Assembly (NCBI GenBank): GCA_026392355.1
Contig: JAPLCF010000041.1
Span: 204,716 to 268,715 of the forward strand
Reading direction: 5' to 3'
DNA: 64,000 bases
Source: Actinomycetota bacterium
Lineage (GTDB): Bacteria; Actinomycetota; Thermoleophilia; Gaiellales; F1-60-MAGs149
Shown here: positions 47,859 through 62,220 of the stretch, in pieces
How the letters are laid out: each line of letters opens with the position of its first letter
Position numbering within the stretch: position 1 is the stretch's first letter
Notes under the pieces: model-generated
Told to the model about the DNA's origin: nothing
The model's input: the letters and a program-made list of their open reading frames with translations, nothing else
Database searches by the model: none
Position numbers and translations under genes: made by a program

Positions 47859-49364
47859 ATGGCTGAACGCGCACCGAAGATCCTCAACCTTCCGATCGGC
47901 CTGAAGACCCGTGGCGAGCGCCGCGAGTTCGACAGCCTCGGCACGGTGATGGTCCCTGCGGACCGCTACTGGGGCGCGCAGACGCAGCGCAGCCTGATCC
48001 ACTTCAACATCGGCAACGACCGCATGCCGCACGAGGTCTACCACGCATACGGCTACGTCAAGAAGGCCGCCGCGCTCGTCAACACGCGCCATGGTCGCCT
48101 GCCGGCGTGGAAGGGCAAGCTGATCGAGCGCGTCTGCGACGAGGTCATCACGGGCAAGCTCGACGAGGACTTCCCGCTCTACGTGTGGCAGACGGGCTCG
48201 GGCACGCAGTCGAACATGAACGTCAACGAGGTCGTGTCGAACCGCTGCATCCAGCTGGTCGGCGGCAAGCTCGGCTCGCAGGAGCCGATCCACCCGAACG
48301 ACCACGTCAACATGGGCCAGTCGTCGAACGACACGTTCCCGACGGCCATGCACATCGCCGCGTACACGATGGCGACGGAGAAGACGATCCCCGCGATGAA
48401 GCGCCTGCAGAAGGCGCTCGATCGCAAGTCGCGCCAGTGGAACTCAGTCGTCAAGATCGGTCGCACGCACCTCGAGGACGCCACGCCGCTGACGGTTGGC
48501 CAGGAGTGGTCGGGCTATGCGGCCGCGCTCGAGGACGCGATTCATGAGGTCGAGCACGCGACCAGCGGTCTGCTGCGTCTCGCGATGGGTGGCACGGCCG
48601 TCGGCACGGGGCTCAACTCGCCCGTCGGGTTCGGCGACGAGGTTGCCGCGACGATCGCGAAGCTGACCGGCTACCCCTTCAAGACCGCCGACAACAAGTT
48701 CGCGGCGCAGGGCACGCTCGACCGCATGGTCCGCGCCCACGCGGGGCTCAAGACGGCATCGGTGACGCTGTTCAAGATCGCCAACGACATGCGCTGGCTC
48801 GGTTCCGGTCCGCGCACGGGCCTGATGGAGCTGGTGCTGCCGTCGAACGAGCCGGGCTCGTCGATCATGCCGGGCAAGGTCAACCCGACGCAGGCCGAGG
48901 CGATGCTGATGGTCTGCATCCAGGTGATGTCGTCCGATGTCGCCGTGCAGATGGGCGGCGCCGAGGGCAACTTCGAGCTGAACGCGTTCCGTCCGATCCT
49001 GATCAACAACTACCTGCACTCGGCGCTGATCCTCGCCGACATGTGTGATCACTTCCGCGAGTTCATGATTGAGGGCGCCCAGCTGAACAAGCCCAAGATC
49101 AAGGAGAACATCGACAAGTCCGTGATGATGGTCACGGCGCTGTCGCCGATCATTGGCTACGACCAGGCGTCGGTGATCTCGCACTACGCGATCGACAACA
49201 ACCTCACGCTGCGCGAGGCGGCGCTGAAGAACGGCGTCACCGAGGAGCTCTACGACCGCGTGGTGGTTCCGATCAACATGACGCACCCCGACGGTGCGGC
49301 GCCCAAGGCGGCCCGCAAGCCGCGCGCGAAGGCTCCGGCCAAGAAGGCCAAGAAGTCGTCGTGA
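47859..49364 (+). CDS. fumC: class II fumarate hydratase with Lys/Ala-rich C-terminal tail
   Basis: VPADRYWGAQTQRSL, SSNDTFPTAMHIA, GRTHLEDATP, GSSIMPGKVNPTQ signature. Tail AAPKAARKPRAKAPAKKAKKSS. Confidence 0.93.
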   Translation: MAERAPKILNLPIGLKTRGERREFDSLGTVMVPADRYWGAQTQRSLIHFNIGNDRMPHEVYHAYGYVKKAAALVNTRHGRLPAWKGKLIERVCDEVITGKLDEDFPLYVWQTGSGTQSNMNVNEVVSNRCIQLVGGKLGSQEPIHPNDHVNMGQSSNDTFPTAMHIAAYTMATEKTIPAMKRLQKALDRKSRQWNSVVKIGRTHLEDATPLTVGQEWSGYAAALEDAIHEVEHATSGLLRLAMGGTAVGTGLNSPVGFGDEVAATIAKLTGYPFKTADNKFAAQGTLDRMVRAHAGLKTASVTLFKIANDMRWLGSGPRTGLMELVLPSNEPGSSIMPGKVNPTQAEAMLMVCIQVMSSDVAVQMGGAEGNFELNAFRPILINNYLHSALILADMCDHFREFMIEGAQLNKPKIKENIDKSVMMVTALSPIIGYDQASVISHYAIDNNLTLREAALKNGVTEELYDRVVVPINMTHPDGAAPKAARKPRAKAPAKKAKKSS

Positions 49365-50158
49365 GTGCCGCTCCTACCGGCAGGGACGCGCTGATCTCCG
49401 AGGTCGGTACGAAGCACTACTACGCGTCGTGGACGTCGCACGAGCACCGCAAGCGGCGGCTGATCGCCGAGTTCATCGGGATGTTCGGCCTCACGTTCAT
49501 CCTCTCGGGCGGGGCGGCGATGATCGTCAAGTACGGCGGCGGCGATCCGTCGCCGTATTCGGTCGCGCTGATCCTGTCGGCGTTCTCGGCGCTGTGGCTG
49601 ATGGTCGCGATCATCTTCCTCGGCGACATCTCCGCGCACTTCAACCCGGCGATGACGTTCGCGTTTGCGCTGCGCGGCGATATGGGGTGGGCGATGGCGG
49701 TGGCGTACTGGGTTGTGCAGTGCATCGCCGCGATCGCTGGCTCGCTGTTGGCCCGCTGGTTCTTTGGGCCGCTGGGCAATCTCGCCGCAACGCGGCCGCC
49801 AGACGGCAAGGACCTGCAGGCGGTGGCCTTCGAGGCGCTCATCACCTTCGGGCTCGTCCTGATGGTGCTTGGCATCGCCAACGGTCCCAAACTGAGCGGC
49901 CCGTTCGTGCCGTTCGCGGTGGCCGGCTACATCATGGCCTTTGGCTCGATGGGCGGTCCGTTCGAGGGCGCGGCGATGAATCCCGCCCGCGCGCTCGGTC
50001 CGGATGTCGCCCTCGGCGACCTCGCCACGTGGTGGGTGTACCTCGTCGGCCCGATGGCTGGCGCGGCGATCGCGGTCGTCGTGGCCCGAGTGCTGCGTGG
50101 TCCGGCGAAGTCGCAGGAGGCCATGGCGGCGATGGGTAATCCCGACGCGGCTGAGTGA
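49361..50158 (+). CDS. MIP-family channel (aquaporin/glycerol facilitator)
   Basis: GTGA overlap with fumC. Two NPA boxes (HFNPAMTFAF, AMNPARALGP). Six TM segments. Confidence 0.88.
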   Translation: MSAAPTGRDALISEVGTKHYYASWTSHEHRKRRLIAEFIGMFGLTFILSGGAAMIVKYGGGDPSPYSVALILSAFSALWLMVAIIFLGDISAHFNPAMTFAFALRGDMGWAMAVAYWVVQCIAAIAGSLLARWFFGPLGNLAATRPPDGKDLQAVAFEALITFGLVLMVLGIANGPKLSGPFVPFAVAGYIMAFGSMGGPFEGAAMNPARALGPDVALGDLATWWVYLVGPMAGAAIAVVVARVLRGPAKSQEAMAAMGNPDAAE

Positions 50159-50225
50159 TGCATGACCTCCGGTGCCCGCCTCGGCGGGTACCAGAGCCGT
50201 CAGCACCGGGTACCCTGCGGGCGTG

Positions 50226-51035
50226 ATGCTCGCCTCGATCCCCGCCTCGCCCGGTCCGTTCATCTTCCAGGTCGGCACGTTCGGCCTGCGCTGGTACGGC
50301 TTCCTAATCGCCGTCGGCATTGCGCTGGCGATCTGGCTGGCACGCCGCGAGTTCCGTCGCCGCGGCCTAGATCCGGAGCACGTCTACACGATCGCGTTCT
50401 GGGCCGTGCCTGCTGGCATCATCGGCGCGCGGCTCTACCACGTGGCGACGGATTGGCACCTGTTTAGCGACGATCCGCTGCGGATCATCCAGATCCAGCA
50501 GGGCGGGCTCGGCCTGCCCGGTGTGATCGCCGGTGGTGCGCTCGGCGCGTACATCGGCGCACGGCGCTGCGGCCTGTCGTTCGGCACCGTCGCCGACTGC
50601 ATCGCACCAGGCCTGATCCTCGCGCAGGCGCTTGGGCGCTGGGGCAACTACTTCAACCAAGAGTTGTTCGGTGGCCCGTCGACGCTGCCGTGGGCCGTCA
50701 CGATCGACCCCGCCTTCCGCCCGGCTGAGTACGCCTCGTACACCACGTTCGTGCCGACGTTCCTCTACGAGTCGCTCTGGAACCTCGGCGTCTTCGCCGT
50801 CCTGATTGCGGTGATCATCCCGCGCCTTTGGGATCGCGTGCGGCCGGGCACGATCTTCGCGTTCTACCTGCTGTTGTACGGCATCGGGCGTCTCTGGATC
50901 GAAACGCTCCGCGTCGATCCCGCTCAGGTGTTCTTCGGCATGCGCCTCAACGGCTGGGTCTTCGGCATTGTCGTGCTCGGTGCGCTGCTCTACGTGATCG
51001 TGTCGCTCAGGCGTCGGACGCCGGCGCCCGCTTAG
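50226..51035 (+). CDS. lgt: prolipoprotein diacylglyceryl transferase
   Basis: ATG 50226 within ORF 50172..51035. FGLRWYGFLIAVGIALAIWLARRE, GARLYHV, GGLG..G...GA, GRWGNYFNQELFG, YESLWN motifs. Confidence 0.9.
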   Translation: MLASIPASPGPFIFQVGTFGLRWYGFLIAVGIALAIWLARREFRRRGLDPEHVYTIAFWAVPAGIIGARLYHVATDWHLFSDDPLRIIQIQQGGLGLPGVIAGGALGAYIGARRCGLSFGTVADCIAPGLILAQALGRWGNYFNQELFGGPSTLPWAVTIDPAFRPAEYASYTTFVPTFLYESLWNLGVFAVLIAVIIPRLWDRVRPGTIFAFYLLLYGIGRLWIETLRVDPAQVFFGMRLNGWVFGIVVLGALLYVIVSLRRRTPAPA

Positions 51036-52410
51036 CGGCAGACGCGAACGGGATGGCGGCCAGCGCGAGCACGGCCGACAACACGAGTCCAGCGGTGTAG
51101 GCGCCGTCAGCGAAGGTGCTGGCGCCTTCAAGAGCATTGCCCGGATCGGGACCACCACCGGCGAGCGACCAGCCAAGAGCGGCGGCGATGCCGAGCAGCG
51201 CGATCGACATCAGCGTGCCGAAGCGCGCCGCGGCGAGGTTGATCGCCGACTGCATGCCCTCATCGCCCGCTGGCGAGAGCTGGAGCACCGCGTGGGTGAC
51301 GGGGCCGGCCATGCAGGCCATACCGAGGCCGAGCAGGACGAGGGACGGGATCGCGACCCAGACGCGACCGTCGGCCAGGAAGTAGGCGGGGACCACGCTG
51401 AGGGCAGTCAGCAGTGGCCCGAGCCGGAGCATCAGGCGCATGTGGTTCCCCGCCGCGAACGCCGTCAGCCGCCGCGAGGTCAGCATGATCGCGAGGCTCA
51501 TCGGCAGCAGCAGAAAGCCCGTGGTGATCGGCCCATAGCCGAGTGCCGATTGCAGCCGGATCGAGATCAGGAGACCCATGGTCAGCGGGGTAGACCACGC
51601 GAGGATCGTGAAGACATGCACGCGATTCATCAGCCGGTCGCGTACCGCGCGTGGCGGAATCATTGGGTCGGGGAAGCGCCGCTCGTGCAGGATGAAGATG
51701 AGCAGGACGACGAGGCCGGCGCCGATCAGGCCGAGCACGAGGGGGTCGAGGATGCCCCGTGACGGCCACTCGATGAGCCCTGCAGTAATCAACGCAATGG
51801 CGGCTGCGATGATCCCGCCGCCGACGAGATCGATCCGGCGATTGGTGTGCGGAGAGTCGATGATGCCGCGCGCGAACCAGAGCGCGACGACGAGCGCCGG
51901 GATCACGACGAGGAACGCCCAGCGCCACCCGAACAGCCCGCCGATCACACCACCGAAGGCCGGCGCAACCGACGAGGCGAGGCTCGTGCCCGTTACCCAC
52001 AGACCGATCGCGCGCGCCTGACGCTCGGGGGCGATCGAGGTGCGCAGGATGGCAATCGACGCTGGGGTCATCAGCGCGGCGGCGAGCCCCTGCAGGGCGC
52101 GGGCGCCGATCAGGAAGTCCGCGCTGGGGGCGAGACCGACCAGGAGCGTGGCGACGATGAAGGCGGCGAGGCCGATCTGCAGCATCCGCTTGTGGCCCCA
52201 AACATCGCCCATCACGCCGGCGGGCAGCACGAACGCGGTCATCGTGATCAGGTAGGCGTTGACGATCCACTGCTCCTGCGCCAGCGACGTGTGCAGGTCG
52301 TTGCGGATGTCGGGCAGCACGACGTTCACGATCGAGATATCGATGAAGATCGCGCCCGTCGCGAGGATGCACGCGAACAGCGTCTTGCGTTCAACGAATC
52401 CGCGGAGCAT
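51007..52410 (-). CDS. MFS transporter (drug:H+ antiporter-like, 14-TM type)
   Basis: 467 aa, about 14 hydrophobic segments. G.MGD..G.KRM motif A-like loop after TM2. 3' end overlaps lgt by 29 nt (convergent). Confidence 0.85.
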   Translation of the reverse strand: MLRGFVERKTLFACILATGAIFIDISIVNVVLPDIRNDLHTSLAQEQWIVNAYLITMTAFVLPAGVMGDVWGHKRMLQIGLAAFIVATLLVGLAPSADFLIGARALQGLAAALMTPASIAILRTSIAPERQARAIGLWVTGTSLASSVAPAFGGVIGGLFGWRWAFLVVIPALVVALWFARGIIDSPHTNRRIDLVGGGIIAAAIALITAGLIEWPSRGILDPLVLGLIGAGLVVLLIFILHERRFPDPMIPPRAVRDRLMNRVHVFTILAWSTPLTMGLLISIRLQSALGYGPITTGFLLLPMSLAIMLTSRRLTAFAAGNHMRLMLRLGPLLTALSVVPAYFLADGRVWVAIPSLVLLGLGMACMAGPVTHAVLQLSPAGDEGMQSAINLAAARFGTLMSIALLGIAAALGWSLAGGGPDPGNALEGASTFADGAYTAGLVLSAVLALAAIPFASAAKRAPASDA

Positions 52411-52465
52411 GTCGGCACCCTATCGCGCTCGTCGGTGCAACGTTTAACGCGTCTAGAATCGGCGC

Positions 52466-53923
52466 ATGGTTGAGGAACGCGACGTCGTCATCATCGGTGC
52501 CGGGATCGCCGGCATGACTGCGGCGAAGGAGCTGCGCGATCTCGATCCGCTCGTGCTCGAGGCGTCGGATCGCGTGGGCGGCCGCATCTGGTCACAGCAG
52601 CGCGGCGATCTCGCGGTGTCGGTCGGTGCGCACATGTTTCCGCCACCGGATTCGACGGTCGGTCGCATGGTCACGGAGTACGGCCTTGAGGTCTTACCGA
52701 TCCCCGGCTCGATGCTCAACGTGGCGCTGCGCGGCGAGCTCGTACGTGACAGCCGGCCTGAACTGCTGCCCTTCAAGCTGCCGCTGTCGGTGCGCGGTCG
52801 TGCCTCGTTCGCACGTGCGGGCCTCAAGGTCAAGAAGATCGGTGACGAGTACATGAAGCTCGCCGTCCCGCGCCCGGACGAGAGCTCGGCCGACGTACGC
52901 ATGCGCCTCTTGCAGTACGGCGGTGACCGCTCGTTCGCCGACTTCCTCGGCCCGCTGCATCCCGAGGCCGCCGAGATCTACCGCGCACTCTGCAATCGCA
53001 CGATCGCCGAGCCGGACCAGATCTCCGAGGGCTCGATGGCGGCACTCTTCGGGCACGTCTGGGACTCGGGCGACCTCGGCCGCAACATGCGCGGCGGTTC
53101 GGGCCTGTTGCCCGATGCCATGGGCCGCGACCTCGCCGACCACATTCGCCTGCAGACGCGCGCCACGCGCCTGGCCTTCGACGGTGCCGGCGTGACGGTC
53201 GGCTACGAGGGGCCCGACGGAGCAGGGGAGGTGCGTGCGCGGGCCGCGATCGTGGCCGTGCCGGCGCCCGATCTTGCACCGTTCATGGCCGACGCGATGA
53301 CGCCTGGCTTCGCTGCCGCTGTCGACCGCATCCGCTTCGGGCCGCACATCGTTACGAGCATCCGCACGGACGAGACCGAGGCGATGCCGTGGGACGACAT
53401 CTACTCGATCCTCACGCCGGATCTTGGCTTCACGATGTTCTTCAACCACGCCAACGCGCTCAACGGCACGGGTGCCCCGAAGCAGGGCAGCGTGCTGATG
53501 GTCTACACGGGTGCCGATCGTGGCCGCGCGCTGCTGGGCAAGACCGACGACGAGATCCAGCAGCACCACCTGGCGAGCGTGGATCGATTGTTCCCCGAGC
53601 TGCGCCGGCACATCGTCGAGCTGTGGACGCTGCCGTGGGAGCACGCCGGCCCGTTCGGCGCCCCGGGTCGCTGGCGTGCGCAGGAGACGCTCGAGCACGG
53701 GCTCGGCGGTCGTGTGTTCATGGCGGGCGATTGGGTGAGTGACTTCGTCTCGATGGAGACCGCGGCGCTGACCGCCGTCGATGCGGCGACCGAGGTACGG
53801 GCGCTGATCGAACGAGGCGGCCCGCGCACCCCCAAGGCCAAGCCGAACGCGACGAAGCGTGACCCTGAGGCCGCCAAGCGGGTTCAGTCGTTCTTCGGCG
53901 ATTCGTCGTCGCGCGAGGGCTGA
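52466..53923 (+). CDS. FAD-dependent amine oxidase-family oxidoreductase
   Basis: Dinucleotide-binding start DVVIIGAGIAGMTAAKEL...V.EA.DRVGGR. C-terminal VFMAGDW motif. Confidence 0.75.
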   Translation: MVEERDVVIIGAGIAGMTAAKELRDLDPLVLEASDRVGGRIWSQQRGDLAVSVGAHMFPPPDSTVGRMVTEYGLEVLPIPGSMLNVALRGELVRDSRPELLPFKLPLSVRGRASFARAGLKVKKIGDEYMKLAVPRPDESSADVRMRLLQYGGDRSFADFLGPLHPEAAEIYRALCNRTIAEPDQISEGSMAALFGHVWDSGDLGRNMRGGSGLLPDAMGRDLADHIRLQTRATRLAFDGAGVTVGYEGPDGAGEVRARAAIVAVPAPDLAPFMADAMTPGFAAAVDRIRFGPHIVTSIRTDETEAMPWDDIYSILTPDLGFTMFFNHANALNGTGAPKQGSVLMVYTGADRGRALLGKTDDEIQQHHLASVDRLFPELRRHIVELWTLPWEHAGPFGAPGRWRAQETLEHGLGGRVFMAGDWVSDFVSMETAALTAVDAATEVRALIERGGPRTPKAKPNATKRDPEAAKRVQSFFGDSSSREG

Positions 53924-54684
53924 CACTGCGGGCACCAGAACGTGCGGCGGCCTTCGTCGCCTTGGGCGCGGGCGCGAATCGCGGTGCCGCACACCGGGCA
54001 GGCCCGGTTGGCGCGGCCGTAGATCTGCACGGGCCGTTGCGTTGCGCCGCTTGCCATGTGCGCGCGCATCAGCTCTGAGGCGCGTGCCAGCAGCGCGGCG
54101 AGTTCGGCGTCGTCGAGGGCGGCGGCGGTCGTGCGCGGATCGAGCTGCAGGTCGAACAGGATCTCGCTCTTCCAGACGTTGCCCACGCCCGCGAGGACGC
54201 GCTGATCGAGCAGGACGTCGGCGACGGTCTGCTCGGACGGGCCACGGCGCGCCCGTGCGGCCGCTGCGCTGGCGTCGAAGCCCTCGTCGAGTACGTCGGG
54301 GCCGAGTCGGCGCAGGCTGGGGTGCAGCGACAGCTCGGCGGGCGTCAGCAGTTCGAGCACTGCGCCGTTGACGAGGATTGCCTCGGTCGTGCCATCGTCG
54401 ATCACGATCCAGGCCGTCGAGCGAGGGCGCCGCGTCGGGCGTCCGGTCGCGCCAATATCCCAGCGGCCCGACATGCGCAGGTGCGAGTGGATCACGAGGC
54501 CGGAGTCGAAGCGGATCAGCAGGTGCTTGCCGCGCGCCTCGACTGCCGTCAGTGTCTGGCCGGCCAGACGTGCGGGTAGCCGCATGGGCTGGTGGCGGGC
54601 CAGCGGCGTTGTGATCGTCGGCACGCTGCCGACCAGCGGCTGCAACTGCTGGGCGATCCGCTCGAGGGTGTCGCCTTCGGGCAC
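53884..54684 (-). CDS. nei: Fpg/Nei-family DNA glycosylase (endonuclease VIII-like)
   Basis: MPEGDTLE N-terminus (catalytic Pro2/Glu3), H2TH region (LLDQRVLAGVGNVWKSEILF), C-terminal zinc finger CPVCG....WCPQC. Confidence 0.86.
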   Translation of the reverse strand: MPEGDTLERIAQQLQPLVGSVPTITTPLARHQPMRLPARLAGQTLTAVEARGKHLLIRFDSGLVIHSHLRMSGRWDIGATGRPTRRPRSTAWIVIDDGTTEAILVNGAVLELLTPAELSLHPSLRRLGPDVLDEGFDASAAAARARRGPSEQTVADVLLDQRVLAGVGNVWKSEILFDLQLDPRTTAAALDDAELAALLARASELMRAHMASGATQRPVQIYGRANRACPVCGTAIRARAQGDEGRRTFWCPQCQPSRDDESPKND

Positions 54685-54686
54685 GC

Positions 54687-55628
54687 CTAGAGGCTCAGGA
54701 CGTCGATGCGGAACGAGGCTGTGAACGAGCCACCCGGTTCGACGACCCGCAGGTCGTTGCCCGTGACGAGCGCGTCGGTCGGCGCCGTCATCGGCTCAAA
54801 GCAGATGAAGTCGGCATCGGCCGGTGCGTAGACCTGCGCGCAGGAGAAGTGCTGTCCGAACGACACCTCGAGGCGGCGCTCCGCGTTCTCGACCGCAAAC
54901 TCCGGCTCAGCTTCGATCGTCGGGTACAGATCGTCATAGGCGGCGGTGTCGAGCGCGCGCGGGCCAGGCGGCACGGGCTCGACCTCACCGGTCGGCAGGC
55001 CGCGGTTGTCGAGCAGCGCGTGCGAGGTGACAGGCAGCTCGATGAGCCACGCCGTGCGGTCGCCGCCAGGTGCGAGGTACGGATGGAAGCCAAACGCGAT
55101 CGGGACGGCAACGTCGCCCGTGGACATCACCGTCAACGTGGTCTGCAGGCCGCTGGCATCGAGCCGATGCGTCAGCGCGATCGCGTGGGGGAACGGGAAG
55201 CCCGTCAGCAACTCGGGGTGCTCGCCGAAGTCGAGCGTGGCCATCACCTCGGCGCCACCCTCATCGGCGGTGGCGTGGCCGAGCTCCCAGAGACGGCTGG
55301 CGGTGAGCAGTCCGTGGATCGGCAGGCCGTTGCCGTCGAGCTTGATCGGTGTCGTCGCGGCGTCCAGCTGTACGGTCGTTCCGCCGGCGGCGTACGACAG
55401 ACCGCTCAGGCGGTTGGCCCACGGGTAGAGCAGCGGCACGCCGAAGCTCGAGCCCTTGTCGCGATACGCGGTGAGGCCGCCGCGTTGGCCAAGCAGCTCG
55501 GTTTCGCCCTGCTTCAGCGAAGCGACGACCATGCCCACGGTGGGGACAACGGTCGCGGTCAGCTCGCCGGCGCGTAGCTCCAGCGCGGGGGAGCCGTCGA
55601 GCGTGGTCTCGGTGACGGAGGTCGTCAT
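54687..55628 (-). CDS. aldose 1-epimerase family protein
   Basis: 313 aa. G.P.LYPWANRL, PIHG, FGFHPY, FEP motifs of mutarotase-like proteins. Confidence 0.7.
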   Translation of the reverse strand: MTTSVTETTLDGSPALELRAGELTATVVPTVGMVVASLKQGETELLGQRGGLTAYRDKGSSFGVPLLYPWANRLSGLSYAAGGTTVQLDAATTPIKLDGNGLPIHGLLTASRLWELGHATADEGGAEVMATLDFGEHPELLTGFPFPHAIALTHRLDASGLQTTLTVMSTGDVAVPIAFGFHPYLAPGGDRTAWLIELPVTSHALLDNRGLPTGEVEPVPPGPRALDTAAYDDLYPTIEAEPEFAVENAERRLEVSFGQHFSCAQVYAPADADFICFEPMTAPTDALVTGNDLRVVEPGGSFTASFRIDVLSL

Positions 55629-55699
55629 GTGGATGCAGGGTATCCCTCCGCGCCCAAGTGCGCCATACTCCGGTGTACGTACGAGGAGGTGCGTTCACA

Positions 55700-57028
55700 G
55701 TGAACCCGGTTACGTTCGAAACCCTTTCGCCCGACGCCCACAAGGGCGAGTGGCTCAACTGGTCGAAGATGGCTGATTTTCAGAATCAGTCGCCGCCCGT
55801 CATCGTCACGGGCGAAGGTCCGTACGCAATCGACAAGGATGGCAATCGCTTCCTCGACGGCGTCTCTGGCCTCTTCACCACCCAGATTGGCTACTCGCAC
55901 GGCAAGGAGATCGGCGAGGCCGCGGCCAAGCAGCTCGAGGAGCTCTGCTTCTACCCGAACTGGGCCGCGACGCACCCGTCGGCGCTCGCGCTGACCGAGC
56001 GCATCCTTGGCCTGGCGCCCGACCGCATGTCCCGCGTTCTCCTCACGTCGGGTGGCTCTGAGTCGGTCGAGTCGGCCCTCAAGCTCGTGCGCCAGCACTT
56101 CCTCGCGAAGGGCCAGCCGCTCAAGCGCAAGATCATCGCCCGCCGCGGCGCGTACCACGGCTGCACGATGGGCGCCCTCTCGCTGACGGGCATTCCGCTC
56201 TCGCGCGTGCCGTTCGAGCCGCTCGATCCGAACGTCCGCCATGCGGCGAACACGCATCAGCGCACCTGCCTCTACTGCCACGACAAGGGCGGCTGCACGC
56301 TGACCTGCGCCGACGCGATTGAGCAGCAGATCCTCGCCGAGGGCCCCGACACCGTCGCGGCTGTCGTCGTCGAGCCGATTCAGAACGGTGGCGGCCTGCC
56401 GCCGGCTGAGGGCTACGGCGCCCGGATCCGCGAGATCTGTGACAAGTACGGTGTCCTGCTCTGGTGCGACGAGGTCATCACCGGCTTCGGCCGTGTCGGT
56501 GGCTGGTTCGCCACGGATCGTCTCGGCTTTAACGCCGACATCTGCACGTTCGCCAAGGGCATCACCTCGGGCTACGCGCCGTGTGGTGGCGTGGTCTTCA
56601 CCGAGGCCGTTGGCGAGCCGTTGATCAACGCGGACGCCATGTACGCGCACGGCTTCACGTTCGGCGGTCATCCGCTCGCGTGCGCCGTCGCGCTGGCGAA
56701 CCTGGACATCATGGAGCGCCTCGGCGTGATCGACAACGTGCTCGCCAACGAGGACTACTACGCGGCCGCCATGGCCGACGTGGCCGCCTCGAGCGACCTC
56801 GTCGTCGAGGCGCGCGGTAAGGGCTACTACCACTCGCTGGAGCTGACGGACAACGCCCTGACGGCTCCCGTCGCGGGTGCTGCTCGCAAGCACGGCGTGA
56901 TCGTCCGCCCGGACGTGCGCGTCAAGCCGATGGTCGTGACGGCACTGCCGCTGATCTGCGGTCCGGAGCAGATCGACGAGCTGACCGGTGCGCTCAAGGC
57001 CGCACTGGCCGACGTCGCTGCCGCCTAG
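55700..57028 (+). CDS. class III (omega) aminotransferase, PLP-dependent
   Basis: GTG 55700 preceded by GAGGAGG (ORF 55658..57028). SGGSES.E.ALK, YHG.T.GA.S, DEV.TGFGR.G, FAKG.TSGY (PLP Lys), FGGHP. Confidence 0.86.
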   Translation: MNPVTFETLSPDAHKGEWLNWSKMADFQNQSPPVIVTGEGPYAIDKDGNRFLDGVSGLFTTQIGYSHGKEIGEAAAKQLEELCFYPNWAATHPSALALTERILGLAPDRMSRVLLTSGGSESVESALKLVRQHFLAKGQPLKRKIIARRGAYHGCTMGALSLTGIPLSRVPFEPLDPNVRHAANTHQRTCLYCHDKGGCTLTCADAIEQQILAEGPDTVAAVVVEPIQNGGGLPPAEGYGARIREICDKYGVLLWCDEVITGFGRVGGWFATDRLGFNADICTFAKGITSGYAPCGGVVFTEAVGEPLINADAMYAHGFTFGGHPLACAVALANLDIMERLGVIDNVLANEDYYAAAMADVAASSDLVVEARGKGYYHSLELTDNALTAPVAGAARKHGVIVRPDVRVKPMVVTALPLICGPEQIDELTGALKAALADVAAA

Positions 57029-57041
57029 TTCCAACGCACGT

Positions 57042-57077
57042 GGCCCCGTCTGGTCTTCGGATCAGGCGGGGCCTTTT
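57042..57077 (+). terminator. rho-independent terminator after the aminotransferase gene
   Basis: GGCCCCGTCTGGTC-TTCG-GATCAGGCGGGGCC (14-bp stem with two G-U pairs, TTCG loop) followed by TTTTGCGTTT. Confidence 0.7.
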
Positions 57078-57088
57078 GCGTTTCTGCG

Positions 57089-61474
<4,386 letters not shown>

Positions 61475-61554
61475 GGTCTCTGCGTCTCGTGTGGCGGGTG
61501 CCGATTGGGCGGCGTCCGTCTCACGAGACAGCCTAGGCGCAGTACCCTGTTGGG

Positions 61555-62175
61555 GTGGCTATGGCCCCCATCAACGAGACCGCCGAGGAGCGACGTGAGC
61601 GACTGATGAGCGTCGCCACCCAGTTGATCGCGCGTGATGGCGTGGCAGCCTGCACGTTCCGTAACCTGGCGCGCGACGCCGGCTGCTCCACGCGACCATT
61701 CACCCACGCCTTCGGCACGCGCGACGCGTTGCTGCGTGAAGTTGCGCTGCGCACGTGGACGGAAGCCGCCTTCGACCACGACACGCTCGACGACCCCGCC
61801 CAACTCCCTGCTGGCTGGGACTGCATCGAAGATCTTATTGCGATCGGCGAAGACTTCCTGCCGTGTTCGCCCGCGCTGCGCGAGCGCGAGCGCGTTTACA
61901 TCGAGATCATCCTGCATAGCCTCACGCAGCCCGAACTCGGCGAGGAGCTACTGGGCTTTAGTCGCGCGGCCAACCGACGCATCGTTCAACTGCTCGAGGA
62001 GGGCCAGCGCCGTGGGCAGGTGACGACCGCGCAGTCGACCGCCGATCTGGTGATGGCCTTCTGGAGCTTCCAGGAGGGCGTCGCGCTGACGTCGCTCTAC
62101 GAGGCGAGTGAGCTGCCGATGGAGCGCGTCCTGCCGATCTGGCGCGCGGGGGTCAGGGCGCTGCTGCGGCCGTAG
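61555..62175 (+). CDS. TetR/AcrR family transcriptional regulator
   Basis: N-terminal HTH: RRERLMSVATQLIARDGVAACTFRNLARDAGCSTRPFTHAFGTRDALL. 206 aa. Confidence 0.85.
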   Translation: MAMAPINETAEERRERLMSVATQLIARDGVAACTFRNLARDAGCSTRPFTHAFGTRDALLREVALRTWTEAAFDHDTLDDPAQLPAGWDCIEDLIAIGEDFLPCSPALRERERVYIEIILHSLTQPELGEELLGFSRAANRRIVQLLEEGQRRGQVTTAQSTADLVMAFWSFQEGVALTSLYEASELPMERVLPIWRAGVRALLRP

Positions 62176-62220
62176 GGCCGCGGCCGCCGATGTCCGAGGA
62201 CACCGGCGGCCGGCTGTGCC

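Noticed and set aside
53884-53923. 40-nt overlap of the convergent amine-oxidase and nei 3' ends as a sign of a mis-called gene or antisense regulation
   Set aside because: Both reading frames carry their conserved C-terminal motifs before the overlap (VFMAGDW; the CPQC zinc finger), and both tails are unstructured-looking. Similar convergent overlaps occur at lgt/MFS (29 nt) and MTase/GATase (4 nt), so this appears to be a compact-genome habit rather than an anomaly.
61475-61554. 8-bp inverted repeat GTCTCGTG ... CACGAGAC in the lhr/tetR divergent region as a TetR operator
   Set aside because: The arms are about 29 nt apart, far wider than typical TetR operators, and only 8 bp long. It cannot be distinguished from chance without a comparative or binding test.
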